A DNA stretch of 60,421 nucleotides from Candidatus Sigynarchaeum calidifontis (lineage in GTDB: Archaea; Asgardarchaeota; Lokiarchaeia; Sigyniarchaeales; Sigyniarchaeaceae), in the NCBI GenBank assembly GCA_030587475.2, contig JAUQYZ020000072.1, forward strand, positions 1 to 60,421, in the 5' to 3' direction. How positions within the stretch are numbered: the stretch's first letter is position 1; every line of letters begins with the position of its first letter. Both the position numbers and the translations under genes were made by a program. Below the pieces are notes generated by a model. That model had not been told where the DNA came from, did not search any database, and saw only the letters and a list, made by a program, of their open reading frames with translations. Below are positions 42,245-50,727 of this stretch, piece after piece.

Positions 42245-43282
42245 TCAGTACCATTTCTTGCGCTTGAAGATGAGAATGACGACGAGCGCGATGATGACCA
42301 TCGTGCTCACGACGATGTAGAACCCGAACGAGAAGAAGACATTGAAATTACCGCTCTCGGATGGGCCGAGCCAGTTCATGCCGAAAAGCCCCGCCAGGAA
42401 ATTCAACGGCAGGAAAATCGTCGAGATGATGGTGAGATTGTTGATGCGGACGTTCAGCTTGTTACCTTGACTCGACAAGTGAATGTCAAAGGTCGTGGAC
42501 AAGACATCGCGGAAAGTCTCGATCAAGTCGATGATCGTGATGATCTGCTCGTAAAGGTTCCTGAAATAGATGCGAAGGCCTTTTACCACGAACCATGATT
42601 CCATCGATTCCAACCGGTTCATGATCTCGCGCATGGGCCAGACCGATTTTCGGATGAAAATGAGCGAGTGCTTGAGGGCCTTCAAGCTCGATATGTTCTC
42701 GCGCGACGGGTTCTCGATGACCACGTCTTCGAGCTCGTCGATGCGAAGCTCGATGTCTTCGATGACCGAGAAATAATGATCCACGATGAAATCCAAAAGC
42801 ATGTACAACAAGTAACCGATGCCCATCTTGCCGATGAGATCCTTCTTGAGCTTGAAGCGGTCGCGTGCCCCCTTTAGCAAGTCAACCCCGCTGTCTTGCT
42901 GGAACGTGATGAGATGGGTCCGCGTGAGCACGACGCTGTATTGGAAGATGCGAACCTCGCTGGTCGTAGGCACGCGAACGAACGTGTTGAACTCGATGAA
43001 AACATAGTCATCTTGCGTCTCGAAGATCTTGGGCCGCTGCTCGACATCCAGGATATCTTCAAGGACAATGGGATGCAATTTAAAAGCCTCGCAAACGCGT
43101 TGAACGGTCACCTTGTCCTCGACGCCGTTCACGTCGATCCAGGTAATGCCCTTGAACGATGTATCGACAAGGGAGGGATCTGTAGCCTCGATTACACGTT
43201 CGGAGCACTCCTTGTCGTTGTATCGGGTCAAGGTAATGACGGCCTTGCCAACACGTTCGGGGGTCGTTACAGAATTGGCCAT
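42245..43282 (-). CDS. corA: CorA family Mg2+/Co2+ transporter
   Basis: LHPIVLEDIL, QRPK, C-terminal two TM helices with the GMN signature. Confidence 0.93.
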   Translation of the reverse strand: MANSVTTPERVGKAVITLTRYNDKECSERVIEATDPSLVDTSFKGITWIDVNGVEDKVTVQRVCEAFKLHPIVLEDILDVEQRPKIFETQDDYVFIEFNTFVRVPTTSEVRIFQYSVVLTRTHLITFQQDSGVDLLKGARDRFKLKKDLIGKMGIGYLLYMLLDFIVDHYFSVIEDIELRIDELEDVVIENPSRENISSLKALKHSLIFIRKSVWPMREIMNRLESMESWFVVKGLRIYFRNLYEQIITIIDLIETFRDVLSTTFDIHLSSQGNKLNVRINNLTIISTIFLPLNFLAGLFGMNWLGPSESGNFNVFFSFGFYIVVSTMVIIALVVILIFKRKKWY

Positions 43283-43441
43283 GGTATAGATAAGAGATCA
43301 TGCATTCTTAAATCGCTTTCCCGAGGAGGTTCGGCGCTCTCATCGTCGGTCACCTTTTCACCTTGGACACGATTGCTTTCGCGCGAATGGTCGTTTCGAG
43401 GTCACGTAACCTTTAATCGTATAGCGGGCGAGGCATCGATC

Positions 43442-44251
43442 ATGAATTCGATCCCGCGTCCCAAAGCGTACTTGCCTTCGCTCAAGAGTGGAATTGCACT
43501 GGCGATCGCCGTGCCTCTCTGCGCCTACGCGAGCCGGTTCTTTTCGGTGGGCTTCGATGTCCATGTTAACGTGTTCGAGCTTGGCCCTGGCGGCATGGAC
43601 TTGTCATTTCCCTACGATCTCAAGTATATCGTTAACTTTTTCGCCATATGCATCGGCTTGGGGCTGATCTTCTGGCTCGGATTGAAGGCCTTGTTGCGAG
43701 GCGTCGAAGGAAGGGAACGCGCCAAGGCCATCATCGAAGCCCTCGCCGTCGTCGCGATCATCACGAACGCGATGGGCGTGGTTTTCCATTGGGGTTTTGA
43801 CAAGGCGAATAGTTTCTATACGCACGAGCATGGTTATGACACGACCGACGTGTATTCATACTTGTATTTCAACGACGAATGGCTCGGGCACGGGCTCCAG
43901 CAGACGTCGATGCTCGCGTTCTTCGCGCTGCTCGTGGTGGCCGAGCAATTGGTGCCAAGGACGAGAAAAATCCACTGGGTCGAGTGGTTGTGGCTCCTTG
44001 GCATCGCGGGAGTCATTGCTGTCACCGACGGGTATGCCGCGCTGCAAAGCGAGTCGGCAATGCTCATGTGTATTGCCTCGATCGTGATGCTGGGCGGCGA
44101 GGTCGGCTATTGGCTGGGCAAGCGCCCGAAACTGCTCGAGTCGCCGCTCCTGCTGGGAACGATCGCGGCCAATGCCATCGTCATCGTGGAAAACATCGTG
44201 TTCATCGCGATGTACGGCTTGATGCCGTGGTACCCGTGGCTTCGCCCTTGA
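43442..44251 (+). CDS. Hypothetical polytopic membrane protein
   Basis: About 7-8 hydrophobic segments; intramembrane His/Asp/Glu (FHW, DEWLGH). ATG at 43442 avoids overlap with corA. Confidence 0.7.
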   Translation: MNSIPRPKAYLPSLKSGIALAIAVPLCAYASRFFSVGFDVHVNVFELGPGGMDLSFPYDLKYIVNFFAICIGLGLIFWLGLKALLRGVEGRERAKAIIEALAVVAIITNAMGVVFHWGFDKANSFYTHEHGYDTTDVYSYLYFNDEWLGHGLQQTSMLAFFALLVVAEQLVPRTRKIHWVEWLWLLGIAGVIAVTDGYAALQSESAMLMCIASIVMLGGEVGYWLGKRPKLLESPLLLGTIAANAIVIVENIVFIAMYGLMPWYPWLRP

Positions 44252-44340
44252 TATCAGGCCACTTGGGTGCATAGAATGTACTTATTTTCACTGAAAGATC
44301 GGCTAGAGACAATAAAAATAGCATTCTCCTCAATTATTGC

Positions 44341-44904
44341 TCAGAACGGGATTTTGTGTAACTTGCAGAGGTCAGCGCTTGAAATGGGTAATATGTTAGA
44401 AATAGCGTGTATCCCATTCGCCTCATTGAGTATCGAATCGTCGGTCGTCACGAGGTATTGTATGTTTATCCCTCGGTAATTCTTGATCTTCACCGCGGAC
44501 GCGACGTGCATCGTATCCAATGTCTTCAAGCGGAATTCAGGGCAAATCTTGAATGCCAGGTTGAAAGTGTTATCCACTGTGTAGCGCTCGCCGTTAAAAT
44601 CGAATGTTTCAAGTGCCATCTCGGGGATGATGCGCACGGGAACCTTCATGAAACAAAACTCGACTATCGCCTTGATTTGATAGGGAAGGGGAAGATTCTT
44701 AATTAGGTCTTCCACCTTCTTTTCGACCGATAGTTGCTTGCTAGCCCATAATCGACCGATGACTGCCTCGAACTCGATGAGAGTTATCAAACCCGTCACG
44801 AACGATATCGCTGACTGGCCGATCAGCGCTGCTGCAGGCTTGTGGAACAGGTCCTTATCGTGAAAAAAAGAAACCAAGATGTTCGTGTCGAGGTAGACAT
44901 CCAC
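44341..44904 (-). CDS. vapC: PIN-domain toxin (VapC)
   Basis: YLDTNIL, LIEF, TLDTMHVASA, VTTD: complete acidic PIN tetrad. Confidence 0.9.
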   Translation of the reverse strand: MDVYLDTNILVSFFHDKDLFHKPAAALIGQSAISFVTGLITLIEFEAVIGRLWASKQLSVEKKVEDLIKNLPLPYQIKAIVEFCFMKVPVRIIPEMALETFDFNGERYTVDNTFNLAFKICPEFRLKTLDTMHVASAVKIKNYRGINIQYLVTTDDSILNEANGIHAISNILPISSADLCKLHKIPF

Positions 44905-44935
44905 TTAAACCACCGTAATGAACATCAAATGGTTG

Positions 44936-45214
44936 CTATATCCGCTCTCGTTCCTCCTTAACGAGTTCGAGAGCCGTTTTTGTGGATTCGATCCGCACCG
45001 GCGATCGTGCCAGTTCTTTCAATTTTACCATGACCTCGTGATATCGCTTCTCGATTTCTGGATCCACGGGTTCGGGAAAGAGAGCCGCATCACCCAGCTT
45101 GTCTCGGATGAATGATCGGATCGCTTGGCTGCGGTTCTTGAATCGCCCTATCTTGACAAGGTGGTCTATCTTGCGGAGATCAACCTCGTCAATCTTGACG
45201 GGAATCGTGGTCAT
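44936..45214 (-). CDS. vapB: Ribbon-helix-helix (CopG) antitoxin
   Basis: TIPVKI...IDHLVKIGRFKNRSQAIR RHH pattern; directly upstream of vapC. Confidence 0.88.
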   Translation of the reverse strand: MTTIPVKIDEVDLRKIDHLVKIGRFKNRSQAIRSFIRDKLGDAALFPEPVDPEIEKRYHEVMVKLKELARSPVRIESTKTALELVKEERERI

Positions 45215-45230
45215 AAGATATGATACCGGC

Positions 45231-45244
45231 CTTATACGTATAAG
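45231..45244. promoter_or_regulatory. Perfect 14-bp palindrome CTTATACGTATAAG, candidate VapB operator overlapping a TATA-like box
   Basis: Begins 17 nt upstream of the antitoxin ATG. Confidence 0.6.
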
Positions 45245-45342
45245 ATTTTTTATACCTCCTTTAACATTCAAGATAACATGGAAAAATCTTGACGGGTAAT
45301 GTCCACCCGTGATATCGATGGTTGTTTTTTCTTTACATGATA

Positions 45343-45546
45343 TTAAAATGAATAGGTCTCTATCTTCAACCGTGGAAGGATTTTATGCAATTCTTTCTCC
45401 GTGGTATGAAATGGGATCTTGGAATTCAAAGCATGGGCAATGGCAACGCAATCCACGTTCGATAGTATTTTACGATGTTGGCATTTTAATTTGCCCGCCT
45501 TGAACGCGATGCTATTGTCGAAATCGTGAACGATCATGTTATAATT
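45343..45546 (-). pseudogene. 3' half of IS-interrupted PIN toxin gene
   Basis: Encodes (NYN)MIVHDFD...LSNVDCVAIAHA...FHTTEKEL; joins the 5' half in frame once the IS is removed. Confidence 0.88.
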
Positions 45547-47415
45547 GAGCCTTTAGTCACTCATTGGATTTTTCCCTATTTCTTCGACAAAAGAAAATGT
45601 TATCTCTAAGAAATGAAGGAACAACGTGAGCAGGCATGGTTCCATTGCATGCCAAGGTTTCCTTCGCACGAAGGGATGTCATGAAGAATTTCAAAATTGC
45701 GCGGCGAATCATCCTCTTGCCATGCCAGGAGTCGTCATTCCTTGCAGACCATCATTGGATCGACCATCCGGTTTTTGCAAGTAACCAAAATCGATAAATA
45801 TCGGGAAATCTATATACTAATTATCATCAACAAAAATATCCATGATCCAAAATGCTTCTCTTCGGCTGGATACTCAAATTCGACCGATTGCCGCAATTGG
45901 ACGATTTCTCCGGCGAGATCGTGTACAAGATCGTCGACATGACCACCGCTCAAGATCGCACCTGGCTCCATTCAACCAAAGCGTATTACCTCGTCGTGAA
46001 AAAACGCCGGACGAAAGAACAGAAATCGATGCCCTCGCCTTCAAGCACGTGTCGCCAGCTATCGTTGCTCGATTTCCGTCCCACCAAGGTGCCGAAGCGT
46101 TTCCAAATGCCACGCCATTTCAAGATCAACGTCGTAAGCAAGGACGCGTTCGTGAAGGATACGATCCCCGATCTTGAATACTTCTATTACAAGACGTTCA
46201 AGTCCTGCCGCGGCACCTTTCATTACTTGGTCTCCTTGAACGATTTTTCCGTGTTTGACAAGTTCCAGCTAGAAAATCCAGCAGTACAACGTGCTTGCGG
46301 GCGATTTTCGCTCGCCGACCTTGTCAAGATTCGCCTGTTCATGTACAAGCTTGGGTTCAAGAATTACGAGCACTTTTACCGCGCGGTCTCCTACATGCCG
46401 TTTTTGCCACGTGAACTGGATTTGGAAACTATTGAAAGGGTCAAGCACATGCCCCACGTGTCCACGCTCGAGCGCGCGTTGCATGTCGCCGGGTCAAGGC
46501 CGGTCATGCGGTTTTTTTACCAACTATTGCAAGAGAGCGTGACCTATCGGCTCGTCGATTTCAAGGTCTTGATGATCGATGGGACGTTTATCCACGCCAA
46601 TTGCAGTAACAGCGCGAATCAAGCCACGGGCAAGTATAGCGACCCTGATGCTGGCTATCGCCGCCACCGCGGGAAGAGATTCGGTGCCGGGTATCTTGCC
46701 GATTGCGTGAGCTCGCATCAAGGCACGTACGCGCTTCCGGTGCATTTTCGCGTGTATCCCGGGCACGTGAACGAGGCGGGCATATTTTCCGCGACATACA
46801 AAAGTATCCCTTCATGGATCAAGAGCCCGTGCAGGTTTTTCCTTGGTGACAAGGGTAAATACAGCATTACTAACTGCAAATTGGTGCACGATGATGGCAT
46901 CGTGCCAATCATAGACGCGCCGCCGAACATCGTGAAACACCATCTCGTGGACACGCCAAGAAAACACCGGTTCAATACGGACTATATCCCACCCGCGTGG
47001 ATTCCCGAGCTCGACCGGATATACGCGCTTCGCGGGTTGCATGAGGCGAGCTTTTCGCAAGATTCCTTGGTGTATCCGGGCAAACGACTGAACGGGTACA
47101 CGATCGATATCGCCACGCAGCACTTCGCATTTTTAAAATGCTTGGATCATCTCACGATGCTCACGGCATACAAAACGGGAAGGCCGGATCTGGCGTGGTC
47201 ATCGACAGCGTTCACGGCACCGGCGATCAATCTATCGATGGACTTTTTGGAACAAGAAGCGGAAGCATCCGGTTATTCTCTCCTCGATGATTATGCCAAG
47301 AAAAATGAAGAAGATACCTGATTGCTTGCTTGAAATCTAATTCCTTGCTCCATTTGCTCGAATAGATTTTAATGTCGAACGGTAGAAGGATTCTTTACGA
47401 AGTGACAATAGGCTC
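45547..47415 (+). mobile_element. Insertion sequence, 1,869 bp, IS4-superfamily (IS5/IS1182-like) DDE element
   Basis: Left TIR GAGCCTTTAGTCACT (45547-45561) vs reverse complement of right end GAGCCTATTGTCACT (47401-47415), 13/15 identical; AATT direct repeats at 45543-45546 and 47416-47419. Confidence 0.92.
45852..47321 (+). CDS. DDE transposase
   Basis: MIDGT (D), GDKGKYS (D), YALRGLHEASFS (Y-x2-R-x3-E). True start may be further downstream. Confidence 0.88.
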   Translation: MLLFGWILKFDRLPQLDDFSGEIVYKIVDMTTAQDRTWLHSTKAYYLVVKKRRTKEQKSMPSPSSTCRQLSLLDFRPTKVPKRFQMPRHFKINVVSKDAFVKDTIPDLEYFYYKTFKSCRGTFHYLVSLNDFSVFDKFQLENPAVQRACGRFSLADLVKIRLFMYKLGFKNYEHFYRAVSYMPFLPRELDLETIERVKHMPHVSTLERALHVAGSRPVMRFFYQLLQESVTYRLVDFKVLMIDGTFIHANCSNSANQATGKYSDPDAGYRRHRGKRFGAGYLADCVSSHQGTYALPVHFRVYPGHVNEAGIFSATYKSIPSWIKSPCRFFLGDKGKYSITNCKLVHDDGIVPIIDAPPNIVKHHLVDTPRKHRFNTDYIPPAWIPELDRIYALRGLHEASFSQDSLVYPGKRLNGYTIDIATQHFAFLKCLDHLTMLTAYKTGRPDLAWSSTAFTAPAINLSMDFLEQEAEASGYSLLDDYAKKNEEDT

Positions 47416-47635
47416 AATTCTTCAAGAACGAGGCCATGGTTGTTTCAGCAAGCGTGATACCACCGGGTTGCTTGCATGGCTGCGACAATGCTTCGACGAG
47501 AGTGGTCCGCATCAACAATCCTTGTATTTCCCCTGCCTTGATGCGCTCCATTAGCTTCATGAGCTTGTGGTCCTTGTGGTCACTGCAATAAAACAACGTG
47601 ATGATGCCCGTGTCAAGGAGTGCAGCCGAGCTCAC
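47416..47635 (-). pseudogene. 5' half of IS-interrupted PIN toxin gene
   Basis: Encodes MSSAALLDTGII...TLVEAL...SFLKN, then stops at a TGA created at the IS junction. Confidence 0.88.
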
Positions 47636-47745
47636 TTTTCTTCTAGCTCCAGTTCTTCGCCCTTGGATTCACGGTACATTCGCTCGACCTCAGATGCAGG
47701 AACCGAAAGCTTGCGGATCTCATCATCCGAGAGAATGGGAATTAT
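47632..47745 (-). pseudogene. Remnant C-terminal part of a probable antitoxin (AbrB/VapB-like)
   Basis: Reads IIPILSDDEIRKLSVPASEVERMYRESKGEELELEEK*; its TGA overlaps the PIN GTG; in-frame TAG immediately upstream. Confidence 0.55.
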
Positions 47746-47910
47746 CTATCTTTTCGAAATATGCACCAATTCTTTCCACACCCGTATCTACATGTCGGTT
47801 TTTTGTTTCAAGATCAACGAGCTCGGTAAAGAGGAGACTTGCAAATTGGCAAAAAAGGTGGCGTCTCGCTCATTTAAAGAAACCATGACAATAAAAAAGA
47901 AGGGGAAAGT

Positions 47911-49584
47911 TTACTGCGCCACGACGACCTTCTTGCCGAAGAGCACGGTCTTGGCGGTTTCGAAGGCAACGTCGTAGTTGAAGAGTTTCAAGCCCTTGGT
48001 GTCGGCAGCCGCCTTGAGCATGTTGGACTCCGTGATGTACTTGAGACCGCCGAGGGCGAGGGCACCCGTGCCGAAGATGCCCGGGTAGATCTCCTTGTCC
48101 TCGTACTTCGCCTTCATGCCATCGACGCCCGCCGGGGGCACCGCGTTGATGTCGACCACGAGCTTCGTGCCCTTGCCCGCGACCTTCTCCATGATCGCCT
48201 TGGACACGACCTGCACGCCGGCCGTCGCGACCGCCCAGATGATGTCGGCATCTTGCACGATCGGCAGTTTTTCCTCGTCGGTGACCGCGAATGCACCCTT
48301 GATCGGCACCGCGTCCTTGCCGGCCTCCGCGTTGAGCACGGCCGCGAGGGCCTCGATCGATTCCTTGGATGCCTTGTCCCACGTCTCCACGATCGTGACA
48401 TGGCATTTCTCCTTGGCCGCGATGATCGCGGCGATCTGGCCGACCGGGCCCGCGCCGAAGACCGCGACCTTCTTGACCGCGATGCCGTCCCAGCCGTGCT
48501 TGCCGGCCATCTCGACGGTCTTGGCGACCGTGGCGGACGCGGTCGTGTGCGACCCGCGGGGATCCGTGACGATGGGATGCTCGAAACCCGGGATGAGCGC
48601 CTTCTTTATTTGCTCGGCGACCTTGTCCGCTTCCTTGACGTTGGACCCGCCGACGAAGAAACAGGTGGGCGCGTCGGGCTTGCGGGAGAACATCGCGTCT
48701 TGTACCAGGCGCGTGACCTTGTCTGCCGTGACGCCCGAGAACGGGATCACGACGTTGAAGCCCGCGTCGTAGGCCATGTTGATGTCGAAGGGGGACGCGA
48801 ACGCGTCCGTGTCGAACATGTAGAGTATCTTTTCTTGCACGGATTTCGTCTTTACCTTTATCGGGCTAATTTCGAGAACGCTCTGCTTCAAAAAGTCCAC
48901 CACCGATGATGTTTCTGGCATAGACTTTACAGATTTCTTCATGTTGATCTTTGTCGTGGTAATTCCGAGCTGTTCGGCGAGCTCGCCAAATCCGTCGAAG
49001 TGGCTGGCATCGCAGAAGCACATTCCTGTCATGGAAGGGGCGTCGACCTTGCTCGCTTGCTCGAGGATGCCCATCATCATCCACGCCTCGCGGATCTTGC
49101 CGCGGATCGCGTCGACCTCCGCGTCGATCTCGGCCTTCAGGTACTCGGCGCGGACCATGATCTCTTGCCAGTTGGCTTTCTTGGTCTTGTCGCCGGATGC
49201 CTTGATCCTGGCCGCCTCGGCCATCAGGTCGGCGTGCATCGTCAAGGCCGGGTCGAGCACGGACACGAGGTATCCGAGCGCACTCTCGTCGATGTCCACC
49301 GCCTCGTGCGGGATCCCACGCTTCTTGAACACTTCAACGAGGGGATTGTCGAACAAGAATTCATCACGGGTTCGCATGCCGAGTTCTTCGACCGCGAACC
49401 GGGGCTTGTACTTGTCGATGAGCCCGATCGTGGCTTTGATGTATGCATCCGACACGATGCGCAAGTTCCAATCATCGTCAGCTGGTTTCGAGATGTCCCA
49501 CTTGACGGGGAACTCGGTCTCCACGAGCACGAGCTCGAGCTTCTTTTTCTTCAAGGGTTCGAGTTCAAGCGTCTTGATTGCCAT
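47911..49584 (-). CDS. mtdB: NAD(P)-dependent methylene-H4MPT dehydrogenase (MtdA/B/C family) fused to a ~245-aa N-terminal unknown domain
   Basis: ASPFDINMAYDAGF, VQDAMFSR, DPRGSHTTASA, GAGPVG, DINAVPPAGVDG, GALALGGLKY; GGAGG SD upstream. Confidence 0.85.
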   Translation of the reverse strand: MAIKTLELEPLKKKKLELVLVETEFPVKWDISKPADDDWNLRIVSDAYIKATIGLIDKYKPRFAVEELGMRTRDEFLFDNPLVEVFKKRGIPHEAVDIDESALGYLVSVLDPALTMHADLMAEAARIKASGDKTKKANWQEIMVRAEYLKAEIDAEVDAIRGKIREAWMMMGILEQASKVDAPSMTGMCFCDASHFDGFGELAEQLGITTTKINMKKSVKSMPETSSVVDFLKQSVLEISPIKVKTKSVQEKILYMFDTDAFASPFDINMAYDAGFNVVIPFSGVTADKVTRLVQDAMFSRKPDAPTCFFVGGSNVKEADKVAEQIKKALIPGFEHPIVTDPRGSHTTASATVAKTVEMAGKHGWDGIAVKKVAVFGAGPVGQIAAIIAAKEKCHVTIVETWDKASKESIEALAAVLNAEAGKDAVPIKGAFAVTDEEKLPIVQDADIIWAVATAGVQVVSKAIMEKVAGKGTKLVVDINAVPPAGVDGMKAKYEDKEIYPGIFGTGALALGGLKYITESNMLKAAADTKGLKLFNYDVAFETAKTVLFGKKVVVAQ

Positions 49585-49678
49585 TCGTGTTTGCCTCCTG
49601 CTTGTTTTCTTGTTTTGAGTTTTTTCGGTTTGGATTAATCTTGGATTGTCGTCCTGTGTTGGAATGTTGGAATAAAGT

Positions 49679-50293
49679 TCAGCTGAAGACGGCCTGGCTC
49701 ACGGTCTTTTGCTTCTTGCCGTCGAGCACCGCGACCTTGACATTGTCCACCGTGGCGAAGGCCGCCTTGAGCGCGGGCAAGTTCTTTTCCACGCCGAAGT
49801 GCAGCACGTAGACCTCGTCCTCGGCAAATTTCGCAGCGATGTCGAGAATCCGCTTGACCAGCCACTTGGGCTTGATCTCGGTCTCGAGCTTGGTTTCGAG
49901 CTCTTGTGCTTCCGACTTGAGCACGTCGATCCACGACGCCATGTTCTGCGCCATGGTGCTCGTCTTGTCGGCCAGCGCCTCGTACTCCTTCTCGAGGCTG
50001 GCGGCCTGCTCTTTCTTGTCGTCGATCTCCTGGCGCAAGTAGCCTGCAGCGAACTCGGGCACGTCGACGCCGTGGCTCTCGATCGGGCACTTGCCGATGA
50101 CCTTGACTAGGGACTTGGGGTTGAACTTCGACTCGCCTTCCATGTCGACCGTCACGAAGTCGAAGCTGTGTTCGTTCAAGACCTCCTCGCATAGATTGTA
50201 CCGTTGCTCGTTGAGCAAGGCATTGTTCTCTTTCTTCGTCAGGACCACGAAGATTGTCTTGTTTTCCGGGGTTTCGATGTTCAGGGTGTTCAT
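49679..50293 (-). CDS. Hypothetical protein, paralogue of the N-terminal domain of the Mtd fusion
   Basis: Collinear similarity with Mtd N-terminus (HGVDVPEFAAGYL vs EAVDIDESALGYL; IKPKWLVKRILDIAAK vs IREAWMMMGILEQASK). Confidence 0.75.
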   Translation of the reverse strand: MNTLNIETPENKTIFVVLTKKENNALLNEQRYNLCEEVLNEHSFDFVTVDMEGESKFNPKSLVKVIGKCPIESHGVDVPEFAAGYLRQEIDDKKEQAASLEKEYEALADKTSTMAQNMASWIDVLKSEAQELETKLETEIKPKWLVKRILDIAAKFAEDEVYVLHFGVEKNLPALKAAFATVDNVKVAVLDGKKQKTVSQAVFS

Positions 50294-50727
50294 GATCGTT
50301 CATTTGTTTTTTTGTTTTGTAGAGTTGGACTCTGCTTTAAACATGGTCGCACTAATTGATATGCACGTCGAAAATTCGTGTTTTACGTGTTGGACAATCC
50401 GGCTTGTCTTTTCGTGATCCTTGCTTTGGACTAAGTCTTGAGAGGTTATAATTGGATCTATGCTTGGTGGCTTTATCCGTGGTAACAAGAGCAATTGTCT
50501 ACCATAATATTCACGGCGCACGGGATTGATCTACTTTTTTTGGGGGACAAGCCGTTTTGTACATGGACATGATGCTCACTTTTCGAGAAACGGAGCCTTT
50601 CATGGTAATGGTTTCGAAGATGAACATGAGATGATGCATCCCGCGCTTTTTGTTTCGAAGACAAAAATATTTTTTACCGAGACAAGTAAAGTAGAGTACT
50701 GATAACGACACGCGACGAGGGATTCGA

